Of a DNA stretch of 64,000 nt, positions 17,878-28,680 are shown in pieces. The translations under genes and the position numbers were made by a program. Source of the stretch: Ignavibacteriales bacterium (GTDB lineage Bacteria; Bacteroidota; Ignavibacteria; UBA10030; UBA8401); NCBI GenBank assembly GCA_026390635.1, contig JAPLFO010000148.1, positions 124,080 through 188,079 on the forward strand. Reading direction: 5' to 3'. Position 1 is the first letter of the stretch, and each line of letters opens with the position of its first letter. Under the pieces are notes generated by a model, which did not search any database, was not told where the DNA came from, and worked only from the letters and a program-made list of their open reading frames with translations.

Positions 17878-19580
17878 ATGCCGTTCTCGAATCGCCGCGT
17901 CGTTGCGGTCTCTACTCTGTTACTGTTGTCGATCAGCCAGCTTTTCCCCGCATCCCGGTATCCGGTGCGCGCACGTCACGGTCTGGTAGTTGCCGCAGAT
18001 CAACTCGCTGCAGAGGCCGGCGTTTCCGTCCTGAAGCAAGGCGGCAATGCCGTCGATGCGGCAGTCGCAACAGGTTTTGCGCTGGCCGTAACCTATCCCG
18101 GTGCCGGAAACATCGGTGGCGGCGGATTCATGGTTGTGCGGATGGCAGACGGCGAAGCGATATCAATTGATTTCCGCGAGACCGCTCCGGCAGCGGCACA
18201 CCGCGATATGTATCTGGATGCGGCGGGAAATGTCGTCCCGTCCCGCACTACATATGGCCATCTGGCCGCCGGTGTCCCCGGCTCCGTTGCAGGTCTTCTG
18301 CTCGCTCTGGAAAAGTACGGAACGATGGATCGTGCACGCGTGCTCCAGCCGGCCATCGACCTCGCTGAAAAAGGATTCCCCCTCAACTTCCGGCTTGCAC
18401 ATTCGCTGGAGGAGACCGCCAAAGACTTTTCCCGGTTTCCCGGTTCCATGCAATCATTCTCCAAGAACGGAACGCCGTACGCCGAAGGAGAAATTCTTCG
18501 TCAGCCTGAGCTTGCCGCAACTCTGCACCTGATCGCCGAAAAAGGAAACGATGGATTCTATCGCGGAAAAACTGCAGACCGCATTGTTGACGAAATGAAA
18601 CGCGGCCAGGGATTGATTACACACGAAGACCTGGAAGATTACCTGCCGATTGTCCGCGAAGCCATTCATGGAACATACAGGGGATATGAAATTATTTCCA
18701 TGCCTCCACCGAGTTCCGGAGGTGTAACGTTAATTCAGCTTTTAAACATACTGGAAGCCTACCCGATGAACCAATACGGGTGGAATTCCTCGCGATACGC
18801 TCACCGGATAGTAGAAGCGGAACGACGTGCATATGCAGACCGTGCCGAATATTTGGGTGATCCGGCATTCGTGCATATGCCGATTACAACGCTCATTTCT
18901 AAGGAATACGCAGCAGGGCGGCGTGCATCGATAGACACGCTCCGTGCCTCCAAGAGCGATACCGTTACTCATGGCACCGTTCCGCCCTATGAATCCCCGC
19001 AGACCACTCATTATTCTGTTGCCGATCCCTCGGCAACTGTGTCAGCGTCACCACGACGTTGAATGACTCATATGGCTGCAAAGTAGTTGTCGAGGGCGCC
19101 GGTTTTCTTCTCAACAACGAAATGGATGACTTCAGCGCCAAGCCCGGTGTTCCCAATCTCTATGGATTAGTCGGCAACGAGGCCAATGCAATTGCGCCGG
19201 GCAAGCGGATGCTGAGTTCGATGACGCCGACCATCGTTCTCAAAGACGGCAAACCCTGGCTTATTGTCGGATCTCCCGGCGGCCCCCAAATCATTACCAC
19301 AGTATTGCAGATTGTTTTGAATATGATCGAGAACCGGATGAACGTCCAAGAAGCCGTGGATGCGCCCCGCTTCCATCATCAATGGCTGCCCGACAAGATC
19401 GCATTCGAGAAGCGGGCTTTCCAGACCGATGTCATCGAACGGCTTTCATCAATCGGCCACACGCTTGATGAGACAGGCAGCATTATGGGCTCTGTGCAGG
19501 CAATTTTTTTCGATACAAAACACGGGCTGCTCCTGGGAGCATCGGATCCTCGCGGCTATGGCGAGGCGGTAGGATATTAG
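17878..19580 (+). pseudogene. ggt: Gamma-glutamyltranspeptidase with a 1-bp frameshift near 19028-19030 (real lesion or sequencing error)
   Basis: GGNAVDAAVA, IDFRETAP, PPPSSGG, TTHYSV in ORF1; the shifted frame continues GNCVSVTTTLNDSYG, LNNEMDDF, KRMLSSMTP, GSPGG, GASDPRG. Confidence 0.85.
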
Positions 19581-19586
19581 ACCCGC

Positions 19587-21731
19587 ATGACTTTTCTCAA
19601 TCCACTGGTGCTCTTCGGGCTGGCCGCCGCTGCCATCCCCATCGTTCTTCATCTGCTGAATATCCGCAAATTGCGGATAATTGAATTCAGTACACTTCGG
19701 TTTCTGAAAGAATTGCAGAAAAACCGAATGCGCAAGATAAAACTGCGGCAATGGCTGCTACTGCTGCTACGAACACTGCTGATCGTTCTCGTTGTTCTCT
19801 CATTCTCCCGTCCGGCACTGCGCGGTTCCCTCGCCGGACTCGCATCGCACGCCAAAACGACGGTGGTGATCCTGCTCGACAATACCGCCAGCATGGCGGC
19901 ATCCAACGACCGCGGCAATTATCTTTTGCAGGCCAAGGAAGCGGCTCTCTCGATCTGCGGCCTACTCTCAGAAGGAGACGATGCATTTCTTCTTCGCCTT
20001 TCGGATGTTCCCTTATCCTCGTCTCCAACGCCGACGCATGATGTTTCTGCCTTGCGCGAAGCGATTATCCAGACAGAAATAGCACCGATCCATCGAACCA
20101 TTGATGACGGATTACGCGCCGCGGCGCAAGTGCTTGCACAGTCGAAGAACTTAAATCAGGAAATCCACGTACTGACGGATAATCGCCAGACGGCATACGC
20201 CTCGACGGCATCCGGGCAAGTACTCCCTCCGCGCGCAAAACTCTTTCTCTTGCCGCTGGCGGATAAATCAATGGAGAATGTGGGTATCGCATCAATCACG
20301 ATACCGCCGTCTATTCAACAGAAGGGAAAACAATTTCTTGTGAGAGCCGTCGCACACAACTACGGCACACGGCACGTCGAAAGCCTGTTGGTCAGTCTCT
20401 TTTTTGACGGCGCCCGCGTTGCCCAGAAAAATCTTTCCCTTGAAAGCGGCGAGAATGCAGTTGTCGAGTTCACAATTCTTCCGCAACGCACCGGTTTGTG
20501 CAGCGGCAGCATCCAGATCGATGATGACGATCTGGAATCCGACAATAGCGCTTCTTTCTCCGTCGCAATTCCCGATGTCGTTCAAACGTTGCTCATCGGG
20601 CCCGATCAAGAGTCCCTGCGATATCTTCGCCTTGCGTTGTCGGCTCCGCTTTCAGATAGCACGTCGGCCCGCATCGTTATCCGGGAAATCACGCCGGCAC
20701 AGATCACATCGCAGTTCCTCTCGCGCTCTGAGGTCATCATCCTCTGCAATATTCCTTCACTCACGGAAACGCAAACAGAACTTCTCTCTTCCGCCGTCCT
20801 GAACGACGGAAAAGGTCTGATTCTCTTTCCCGGCCTTCGTTGCGATGGACGGACGTGGAACAACACTCTTCTGCCGCGACTTGGACTCCCCGCCGCGGTG
20901 TGGAATGATACTGCGTTGCAGCGTTCGGGTGCGTTCCTCACGTTCGGCACGATTGACCGTGAACATCCGATCTTTCAAAGTATGTTTGATCGCCCTGCGA
21001 AGTCATCCGGAACCGTGATTGAATCGCCCCGCGTTACCGGACGGATGTATCTCGCCACCGAGCGTGGAATTCGTCCCATCATCACGCTTTCGGACAAGAA
21101 AAGTTTTTTGTGGGAGAAAGCTGCCGGCAGCGGTCTGATTCTGGGATTTGCCGTACCGCCGGAACCGACCTGGTCGGACTTTCCATTGAAGGGGATTTTC
21201 CTTCCATTGATGCACCAAACTATCTTCTACGCCGCTCAAGGTTCTGGTAACAACGGATCACCCGGCGATATCCTCGCAGGTGGCCGGTTTGATCTTCCTT
21301 TATCCCGCCTGCATCGACAGACAACATCCCGGCAGTTGACAGTCGTCTCGCCGGATACAACGGAGGAGCTCGTCACGCCGTACAACGTGAATCGCGGCAG
21401 CAGCATCACTCCGTTGATTTCTCTGGAACACCTTCGCATCCCTGGACTATATGTCATTCGCCAAGGGCGAGAGACGGTCGCACTGCTGTCGGTGCAGGCT
21501 GATCCACTCGAATCCGACGGAACACTTGCAGAGTCCAGTGCGCTAACAGCATCGGCAGTCCGGATGGGAATTCCGCCGGCAGCGGTAACAACGATAAGGA
21601 ACAAAGAACAGATCACATCAGCGGTGCTTCAGACCCGGTACGGCATTGAGCTCTGGATGCACTTTTTACTCGCAGCGCTTGTTGTGGCAATTATTGAAAT
21701 GATTGTAGCACGGGAATCACAACATGACTAG
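19587..21731 (+). CDS. BatA/vWA domain membrane protein
   Basis: MTFLNP..PIVLHLL..FSTLRFL..RP (BatA N-terminus), vWA MIDAS-like LDNTASM, Ig-like and GATase-like middle, C-terminal TM ELWMHFL. Confidence 0.85.
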   Translation: MTFLNPLVLFGLAAAAIPIVLHLLNIRKLRIIEFSTLRFLKELQKNRMRKIKLRQWLLLLLRTLLIVLVVLSFSRPALRGSLAGLASHAKTTVVILLDNTASMAASNDRGNYLLQAKEAALSICGLLSEGDDAFLLRLSDVPLSSSPTPTHDVSALREAIIQTEIAPIHRTIDDGLRAAAQVLAQSKNLNQEIHVLTDNRQTAYASTASGQVLPPRAKLFLLPLADKSMENVGIASITIPPSIQQKGKQFLVRAVAHNYGTRHVESLLVSLFFDGARVAQKNLSLESGENAVVEFTILPQRTGLCSGSIQIDDDDLESDNSASFSVAIPDVVQTLLIGPDQESLRYLRLALSAPLSDSTSARIVIREITPAQITSQFLSRSEVIILCNIPSLTETQTELLSSAVLNDGKGLILFPGLRCDGRTWNNTLLPRLGLPAAVWNDTALQRSGAFLTFGTIDREHPIFQSMFDRPAKSSGTVIESPRVTGRMYLATERGIRPIITLSDKKSFLWEKAAGSGLILGFAVPPEPTWSDFPLKGIFLPLMHQTIFYAAQGSGNNGSPGDILAGGRFDLPLSRLHRQTTSRQLTVVSPDTTEELVTPYNVNRGSSITPLISLEHLRIPGLYVIRQGRETVALLSVQADPLESDGTLAESSALTASAVRMGIPPAAVTTIRNKEQITSAVLQTRYGIELWMHFLLAALVVAIIEMIVARESQHD

Positions 21732-23007
21732 TGTTCGAAAAGTGAAGCGCGAACGCGCGATAATTGTCGGTATTGTCACATCCGATGTTCGCCGCGAACA
21801 GGCCACTGAATATCTCGATGAACTGACGCTATTGGCCGATACAGCCGGCGCGGAGGTAATTCACCGCGTTGTCCAGGAACGCAACGCGATTGATCCTTCC
21901 CTCTACATTGGCAAGGGAAAAGTAGAACAGATTGCCGCTCTGGCGGAAGACGATGACGTTTCCCTGATTATTTTTGATGACGATCTCTCTCCGGCACAGG
22001 TCAAGAATCTTGAAGAACGGATCAAACGCAAAATTGTCGATCGGAGCGGATTGATTCTCGATATCTTCGCGCGCCGCGCCCGTACCAGTGAAGCGCGTAC
22101 ACAGGTTGAGCTCGCACAGCTTGAGTATCTCCTTCCCCGCCTGACCCGGCAGTGGACCCACCTTTCCAAGCAATATGGCGGTATCGGAACAAAGGGACCC
22201 GGAGAAACACAGATTGAAACAGACCGGCGTCTTGTGCGGACGCGGATTTCACATCTCAAAGAGAAATTGGATCAAATCAGCCGTCAGCGCGCGACCCGGC
22301 GGCGGCGCAGGAAAGAGCTCCCGACCGCAGCGCTCGTCGGCTATACCAATGCCGGAAAATCCACACTGATGAATGCGCTGGCTGATGCAGGTGTCTTCGT
22401 CGAAAATCGGCTCTTCGCAACGCTGGATACGACAACACGCAGGGTCACCATCGCCCCCAATTCCTCCGCCCTATTGTCCGACACCGTCGGATTCATCCGG
22501 AAACTTCCCGCACATCTGGTTGCATCATTCAAGAGTACGCTGGAGGAAGTCGTCGAGGCGGACTTGCTGCTGCATGTCGTGGATATTGCTCATTCGGGAT
22601 TTGAAGAGCACATAGAGGTTGTGAAGAAAACCCTGGAAGATTTGGGCGCCGGTCAGAAGCCGGTGTTGTACGTCTTCAACAAGACAGATGCGCTGGAGGA
22701 TCGTGCAATCCTCACATCGCTCAGTGCCCGCTTTTCACCGTCGCTTGCGATTTCCGCGCAGCGCGGAATCAATCTGGTAACGCTTCGCGAGCGCATCAGC
22801 GAACTCCTCCGCCGGTCGCGCGGAGAAGAAGACTATATCATACCGTACGAAAAGCAGCAGCTGATGGAGCAAATTCCTGCCTTCGGGACCATTGTTGCAA
22901 CGGCATACGAAGAAGAACGGATTCACGTCCGTGTGCGTACCAATGCCGAGGGACGAAAGAAGATTGCCGCCCTTCTCTCCCCCAAATCCCGCCGGAAGAA
23001 GAGCTGA
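21724..23007 (+). CDS. hflX: Ribosome-splitting GTPase HflX
   Basis: LILDIFARRA, GPGETQIETDRR, GYTNAGKS, LFATLDT, DTVGF, NKTD. Confidence 0.97.
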   Translation: MTSVRKVKRERAIIVGIVTSDVRREQATEYLDELTLLADTAGAEVIHRVVQERNAIDPSLYIGKGKVEQIAALAEDDDVSLIIFDDDLSPAQVKNLEERIKRKIVDRSGLILDIFARRARTSEARTQVELAQLEYLLPRLTRQWTHLSKQYGGIGTKGPGETQIETDRRLVRTRISHLKEKLDQISRQRATRRRRRKELPTAALVGYTNAGKSTLMNALADAGVFVENRLFATLDTTTRRVTIAPNSSALLSDTVGFIRKLPAHLVASFKSTLEEVVEADLLLHVVDIAHSGFEEHIEVVKKTLEDLGAGQKPVLYVFNKTDALEDRAILTSLSARFSPSLAISAQRGINLVTLRERISELLRRSRGEEDYIIPYEKQQLMEQIPAFGTIVATAYEEERIHVRVRTNAEGRKKIAALLSPKSRRKKS

Positions 23008-23020
23008 ATGCGCGCTCCCT

Positions 23021-23200
23021 TTACGAATGCTCGTGAATCTCGTATCTGAGCGAGATGCGCTTCGTTGAACCATGAATCTTCCGGCCTGATTCGATGACTG
23101 CTTCCAGCGATGTCGAACCGGGAAGCTCTTCTATCAGTTCTTTGATCTTTCGGCCGCAACGGTCCAGTACTTTTATTTCAATCCGATATTGTTTTTCCAT
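23021..23200 (-). CDS. Hypothetical 59-aa protein (not in the ORF track)
   Basis: MEKQYRIEIKVLDRCGRKIKELIEELPGSTSLEAVIESGRKIHGSTKRISLRYEIHEHS; protein-like composition; occupies the first half of the gap after hflX. Confidence 0.5.
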   Translation of the reverse strand: MEKQYRIEIKVLDRCGRKIKELIEELPGSTSLEAVIESGRKIHGSTKRISLRYEIHEHS

Positions 23201-23215
23201 CGCAGTGACTTAATG

Positions 23216-23232
23216 TGCACGGACTGTGCCAA
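23216..23232 (-). promoter_or_regulatory. Candidate sigma54 (-24/-12) promoter
   Basis: Minus strand TTGGCAC-AGTCC-GTGCA versus consensus TGGCAC-N5-TTGCA. Confidence 0.4.
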
Positions 23233-23411
23233 CGCTTGGACAGGAAAAACGGCTCTTGGGAGGTCTTTTTTGCTCCATCCCTGGCTCCGTGGATGTAGTT
23301 TCTACAATGGATGAGGATTGGGTCTGCTATGAAGAGAGAGAGAGGATGGCGTCGATCATCATTTCGAGGAAAGACGTGGAACTTTTCTGCTATTGCACAC
23401 GAAGGATCTTC

Positions 23412-24641
23412 TTATTTTCTTCGCTTAATTGTTACGACTGTCTTGTCGTCGGAGTACTTGCTCTTTGCGCTGAATTTTAGAACATCTTCAATAATCAACT
23501 GCGTAATCTCCTTGGCGCTTTTCGAGGATTGCTCCCGTATCAATTGCGCCAGTCGCTGCTCGGTGTACATCTTTCCCTCGATATCCATCGCTTCCGAAAC
23601 ACCGTCTGTATAGAGGACGAGAACGTCTCCTTTTGAAATCATGACCCCTTCGCTTCGGTACCGCTGATCGGGAAACGGTCCGAGAATTTGGCCGGTGGCT
23701 TCCAGAAACTCAAACGATTGCGTCTTCGGATGATAAAGGATGGGAGCGTTGTGTCCGGCGTTCGCGTATACACACAATCCTTTTTTGTCGTTGGAGAGCT
23801 CCGCATAGAACAGCGTCAAAAAACGCTCGTCGGAAAATGTCCGGTGCACCAATCCGTTGATGCGGCGCATCAGTGAACTGATTTTTGTTTCGTACTCGGC
23901 CCCCATGCGCAGGGCTCCCGAAACGTACAGTGCCTGCACTGCCGCGGACATTCCTTTGCTTGCCGCATCGCCGATCACAATACCGATACGGTCATCGTCC
24001 ACACTTTCGATGTAATCGAAAAAATCGCCGCCGACGATTCTGTCCGCAATGGAAACGCCGAACATCTCATAACCATGAAAGACTTTTTCGTGTTCCGGCA
24101 AAATGCTCTTCTGGATATCGCCTGCTTTGTCGAGATCTTTTTGAAGGAGCTGCTGCTTCCGTTCCACATGACGGTTGCGAAGAATGGTGGTGACGGCGAC
24201 GCCGATAATATTCAGCGTCGGCACCATCTCCTCCTGATGCAGGGTGGTGTTGAATGAAATGACATAGGGAAAGAGTCGCGTTCCCTTCACCGTGACCAAT
24301 TCTCCGACACCGGTGGCGGAAAACCGTTTGACTCCTTTTTCACGCAGATACGTATTGGTTTCGTTTCCCAAGATCGTTCTTTGATCCGGTAACTGCTTAA
24401 ACAGCCGGTAGTCGTCCACCTTGATAGAATAGTTGGGTTTGATCTTCTCCACCACTCCGACCTGCCCGGCCAATTCATAGGAGTATTTCAGTTGGTTAAG
24501 CCTCCAGAGGCGCCCGCCGGTAATTTCTAGACGATCGGTTTGCACAATGTGATGCAGCACGTGCAATAAAAGTTCCTGGCTTGATTCGAAGTGGGCGTTG
24601 GCAAAGCCTTCGATTGTTTTGTATAGTTTGCGTTGATTCAT
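23412..24641 (-). CDS. SpoIIE/RsbU-like PP2C Ser phosphatase with N-terminal sensor-like domain
   Basis: IQKSILP, VGGDFFDY, GDAASKG, NAGHNAP, LYTDGVSEA, SDDKT. Confidence 0.92.
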   Translation of the reverse strand: MNQRKLYKTIEGFANAHFESSQELLLHVLHHIVQTDRLEITGGRLWRLNQLKYSYELAGQVGVVEKIKPNYSIKVDDYRLFKQLPDQRTILGNETNTYLREKGVKRFSATGVGELVTVKGTRLFPYVISFNTTLHQEEMVPTLNIIGVAVTTILRNRHVERKQQLLQKDLDKAGDIQKSILPEHEKVFHGYEMFGVSIADRIVGGDFFDYIESVDDDRIGIVIGDAASKGMSAAVQALYVSGALRMGAEYETKISSLMRRINGLVHRTFSDERFLTLFYAELSNDKKGLCVYANAGHNAPILYHPKTQSFEFLEATGQILGPFPDQRYRSEGVMISKGDVLVLYTDGVSEAMDIEGKMYTEQRLAQLIREQSSKSAKEITQLIIEDVLKFSAKSKYSDDKTVVTIKRRK

Positions 24642-24990
24642 AAGTGATGGCGTCGGATTGTTGATGGTCTTATAATATACCAAATTTCTCTCAACATATG
24701 GAAACGCCAGGTTCCAGTATCATGCGCAAGATTGCCTGTGCCGCTGCCCGCGGTGCAGCAAGGGCATCCCCTACCGGGGGATGTCTCACTATGACCGCCT
24801 CGGAGACGCCCGCCGATCAGTACGGTACCATCATCTCCACCCTGTCGAGACTGCGGTCCGCAAATGCACGGGATCGTCGCCGTGTGCAAAAAATATTACA
24901 GATAAGAAAAAAACTGCAACAATTGTTTCACTATGGACTCCCATGAAAAATATCCCTAACTTTGGTCATTCAATTCTGAAGGAGCCTTTC

Positions 24991-26208
24991 ATGAGCGTCA
25001 GCCAGTTAGCAAAATCCATTCCGCAGTCGCCAACGCTGAAGTTGACCGAGCAGGCCCGTCTTCTGCGGGAGCGGGGCGAGGCGGTTATTCACCTCGGTGC
25101 GGGTGAGCCAAAAAACAAAGCCCCGATGAGTGCCATCCTTGCAGCGGCATCCAAGCTGAATCCCGGCGACATCAAATATACGCCGGCAGACGGAATCCCG
25201 TCCCTCAAACGTGCCATCATTCGCTATACGGAAGAGAACTACGACAAGCTCGTGGCTCCCGAAAATATCATTGTTTCCGCGGGAGCAAAGCAGTCGGTTT
25301 TCAATGTTCTCTATTCCATCGTCAATCCACAGGACGAGATCATCATTCTCGCTCCGTACTGGGTCAGCTATCCCGAGATGGTCAGAATGGTAATGGGTGT
25401 GCCCGTTATCGTAAAGCCGGAGGACGGCAGCTTCTGTCCCCGCTTCGAAGACGTCGTGAATGTGATGAGCCCTAACACAAAGGCGATCATCGTCAACAGC
25501 CCGAACAATCCGTCAGGAATGATGTATTCCGCGGAGTTTGTTGAACAGATTATCCGGCACTGTGAGAAGAAGGGTATTTATGTTATCATGGACGATATCT
25601 ATCACAAGCTTGTCTTCGACGGTAAGAAGACACCGTCCTGTTTTCAATACACAGACAAGGATATCGAAAGTTCGCACATCATTGCCATCAATGGCGTATC
25701 CAAATTGTACGGCATGACTGGGTTCCGCATCGGCTGGGCAATCGCGAGCAGAAGTCTCGTCGAGATCATGACAAACGTTCAAGGACAAATTACCACCTGC
25801 GTTTCGATCTTGCTCCAGGCCGGGGCCGAGGGCGCCATGACAGGGATTCAGAGTTCGGTCGAGAGCCTGCGTTTGCAGTTGGAGAATAATCGCAACGTGA
25901 TGCTGCAGGAACTGAGTTCTTTTACAGGAGTAAAAACTGTGAAGCCGGACGGTACCTATTACTGCCTGCCGGATTTCCGCGCTTATTCAAATTCATCGAT
26001 TGAGCTAAGCAACATGCTTCTAAAGAAAGCGCTGGTGGTGACCGTGCCGGGAAAAGAATTTGGCATGGAGGGGTATTTGAGGTTGAGTTACGCCGGAACC
26101 ATCAAGGAAATCACCGAAGGGATCTCGCGCATCAAGTGGGCGCTCGATCCGAATGCACCTAATGAAATCTATGTCGGCGACCGAAAACTTGTGAGGGACT
26201 GGCTATGA
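24991..26208 (+). CDS. aspC: Class I PLP-dependent (aspartate) aminotransferase
   Basis: GAGEP, GAKQ, PYWVSY, NSPNNPSG, DDIY, SKLYGMTGFRIG; AAGGAG RBS before ATG 24991. Confidence 0.88.
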   Translation: MSVSQLAKSIPQSPTLKLTEQARLLRERGEAVIHLGAGEPKNKAPMSAILAAASKLNPGDIKYTPADGIPSLKRAIIRYTEENYDKLVAPENIIVSAGAKQSVFNVLYSIVNPQDEIIILAPYWVSYPEMVRMVMGVPVIVKPEDGSFCPRFEDVVNVMSPNTKAIIVNSPNNPSGMMYSAEFVEQIIRHCEKKGIYVIMDDIYHKLVFDGKKTPSCFQYTDKDIESSHIIAINGVSKLYGMTGFRIGWAIASRSLVEIMTNVQGQITTCVSILLQAGAEGAMTGIQSSVESLRLQLENNRNVMLQELSSFTGVKTVKPDGTYYCLPDFRAYSNSSIELSNMLLKKALVVTVPGKEFGMEGYLRLSYAGTIKEITEGISRIKWALDPNAPNEIYVGDRKLVRDWL

Positions 26209-27820
26209 ACAACATTCTCGATATCAAAACACCCACCCAGCCCGAGGCAGCCGCCTACAAAAGCGACTACGGCCTCGAGAACCACGGCATTACCAATGCA
26301 CGAATGGTGTACTGGAGCCTGCCAAGCGAGGCGCTGTATGAAGAAATCGCCTTCCGTAATGAAGCAAAGATTTCCCGTCTCGGCCCGGTTGTTGCAAACA
26401 CCGGAAAACATACCGCACGGTCGGCCAACGACAAATTTATTGTCAAGGAACCCGATACCCAGGACAAAATCTGGTGGGGCCAGTATAACACAATTTGATG
26501 ACGCGCATTCAGGGATATCTGCAGGGACGCGACCTTTTTGTTCAGGACTGTTTTGCGGGCGCCGACGAGGACTATCGCCTGCCAATCCGCATCATCAGCG
26601 AGAAAGCTTGGCACAGTTTGTTTGCCCGCAACATGTTCATCCTTCCGAAAACCAGGGAAGAATACCGAAGACACATCCCCGAGTTTACCGTCATCGCCGT
26701 TCCGGGCTTCAAAGGAATGCCGCAGGTCGATTCAACAAATACGGAAACGTTTATCGCGGTCAATTTTTCTCAAAAACTGTGCGTGATTGGCAATACTGCA
26801 TACGCCGGCGAAATCAAAAAGTCCGTTTTCACTATTCTCAATTACTTACTTCCGTTGGAAGGGGTAATGTCGATGCACAGTTCGGCCAATATCGGCCCGG
26901 ACGGGGATTCGGCTATCTTCTTCGGCCTTTCCGGAACCGGAAAAACGACACTTTCCGCCGATCCCACGCGGGGGTTGATCGGCGATGATGAACATGGTTG
27001 GAGTGATCGGGGTGTGTTTAATATTGAGGGTGGATGTTATGCAAAAGTGATCCGCCTCTCCGAGACTGCCGAACCGGAAATCTATGCAACGACAAAAATG
27101 TTCGGAACAATTCTCGAGAACGTCGTCTTCGATCCGATCACCCGGATGATTGATCTGGATGATGAATCCATTACCGAAAACACGCGTGCATCCTATCCGC
27201 TGGAATATATTCGCAATGCGGTCCCATCAAAAATGGGGGGGCATCCGAAAAATATTATTCTGCTGACGTGCGATGCGTCAGGCGTGATGCCTCCGATCGC
27301 GCGATTGACAACCGATCAGGCGTTGTATCAGTTCATTTCCGGCTACACGTCGAAAATCGCCGGCACAGAAGTGGGTCTCGGCAAAGAACCGGAAATGACC
27401 TTCAGCACATGTTTTGGCGCACCGTTCATGGTACATCATCCTTCCTTCTATGCGGATTTGTTGAAACGGAAGATTGATCGCTATCAGGTCAATTGCTGGC
27501 TGGTCAACACCGGCTGGATTGGCGGTGCGTATGGTGTCGGCAAGCGCATCAGTATTAAACACACACGTGCATTGCTGAACGCAGCGCTGAGCGGAAAACT
27601 GCTCCATGCGAAATATGTCAAGGACCCGGTTTTCGGATTTGAAGTGCCAACAACCTGCGACGGAGTTCCTGCGAATGTGATGGATCCCGCTGGTTCATGG
27701 CACAGCAAAGAAGCCTATATGCAAAAATACCACCAACTGGCGCAGCGTTTTGTTGACAACTTCAAGAAATTTGAAGATGGCTGTACACCAGAAGTCATCG
27801 CGGCGGGTCCGAAAATTTAG
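26205..27820 (+). pseudogene. pckA: Phosphoenolpyruvate carboxykinase (ATP), split by an out-of-frame deletion near 26490
   Basis: TGKHTARSANDKFIV in ORF1; [52 protein letters not shown] in ORF2. Confidence 0.88.
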
Positions 27821-27840
27821 AGTAGTATTGTGCAGAAATG

Positions 27841-27872
27841 AAGAAGCCATCTCGTCGAGATGGCTTCTTTTT
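27841..27872. terminator. Bidirectional terminator
   Basis: aagaagccatctcg-t-cgagatggcttctt-ttt between convergent operons. Confidence 0.85.
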
Positions 27873-27899
27873 CGATCGCTTTTTCATGCAAGGATGCCC

Positions 27900-28202
27900 T
27901 CAGGAACCTTGTGGGGGTGCCGCCTTCTCCGGTGTTGAACTAGCCGGAACCGCCTCTTTTTTTTCAGTTGATTCTGATGAATTCCCCGAGGACCCGCTCG
28001 ATGCCGGCGATGAGACGCTCTTTTTGTAGTCTGTCAAATAGAAACCACTCCCTTTGAAAATCATTCCTGTACCCGTACCGATCAACCGCACCAGATTCGG
28101 TGTATGGCATGACGGACATTCTATCAGCGGAGCCTCAGACATCGTCTGCAACTCATCGAACAGATAATTGCAGCTCTTGCATTTATACTCATATGTCGGC
28201 AT
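27900..28202 (-). CDS. FmdB-family zinc-ribbon protein
   Basis: MPTYEYKCKSC..CPSC..FKGSGFYLTDY with a Ser-rich tail. Confidence 0.92.
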   Translation of the reverse strand: MPTYEYKCKSCNYLFDELQTMSEAPLIECPSCHTPNLVRLIGTGTGMIFKGSGFYLTDYKKSVSSPASSGSSGNSSESTEKKEAVPASSTPEKAAPPQGS

Positions 28203-28680
28203 TCATTTTCCTTTTCAATTGCAGATAGACATTCGGCGGTACAAATTGTTTGTATTTTCCATTCAACCGTGCCACTTCCCGCACAATACTCGATGTCAGA
28301 TATGTGTACTTCTCATGCGGCATCAGGAAAACGGTCATGATGCTCTCTTCCTGCTTGCGATTCATCAGTGCCATCTGGAATTCGTATTCGAAGTCCGACG
28401 TTGCGCGCAAGCCGCGGATCAGCGCTGTGGCTTTTCTCTTGCGTGCAAGCCGAACGAGCAATCCGTCAAAGCTCTCCACCGTCACATTGTTGAACCGCTT
28501 CTGCCGGATGACTGTCTGAATCATCTCCACACGTTCTTCAACACCAAACAGCGGCGATTTGTTCGCATTCACCGCTACCGTCACAACAACCTTGTCGAAC
28601 AGGTCCCGGGCTCTGTCGATAATATCGATATGTCCGTTTGTGATCGGGTCAAACGTACCCGGATAGAGCGCTATTTTCAT
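28189..28680 (-). CDS. coaD: Phosphopantetheine adenylyltransferase
   Basis: YPGTFDPITNGH, RGLRATSDFEYE, SSIVREVA. Confidence 0.97.
   Translation of the reverse strand: MKIALYPGTFDPITNGHIDIIDRARDLFDKVVVTVAVNANKSPLFGVEERVEMIQTVIRQKRFNNVTVESFDGLLVRLARKRKATALIRGLRATSDFEYEFQMALMNRKQEESIMTVFLMPHEKYTYLTSSIVREVARLNGKYKQFVPPNVYLQLKRKMNADI

Noticed and set aside
24698-24946. 82-aa plus-strand and 83-aa minus-strand ORFs between the phosphatase and aminotransferase genes
   Set aside because: No RBS or recognisable motifs; more likely a divergent promoter region.
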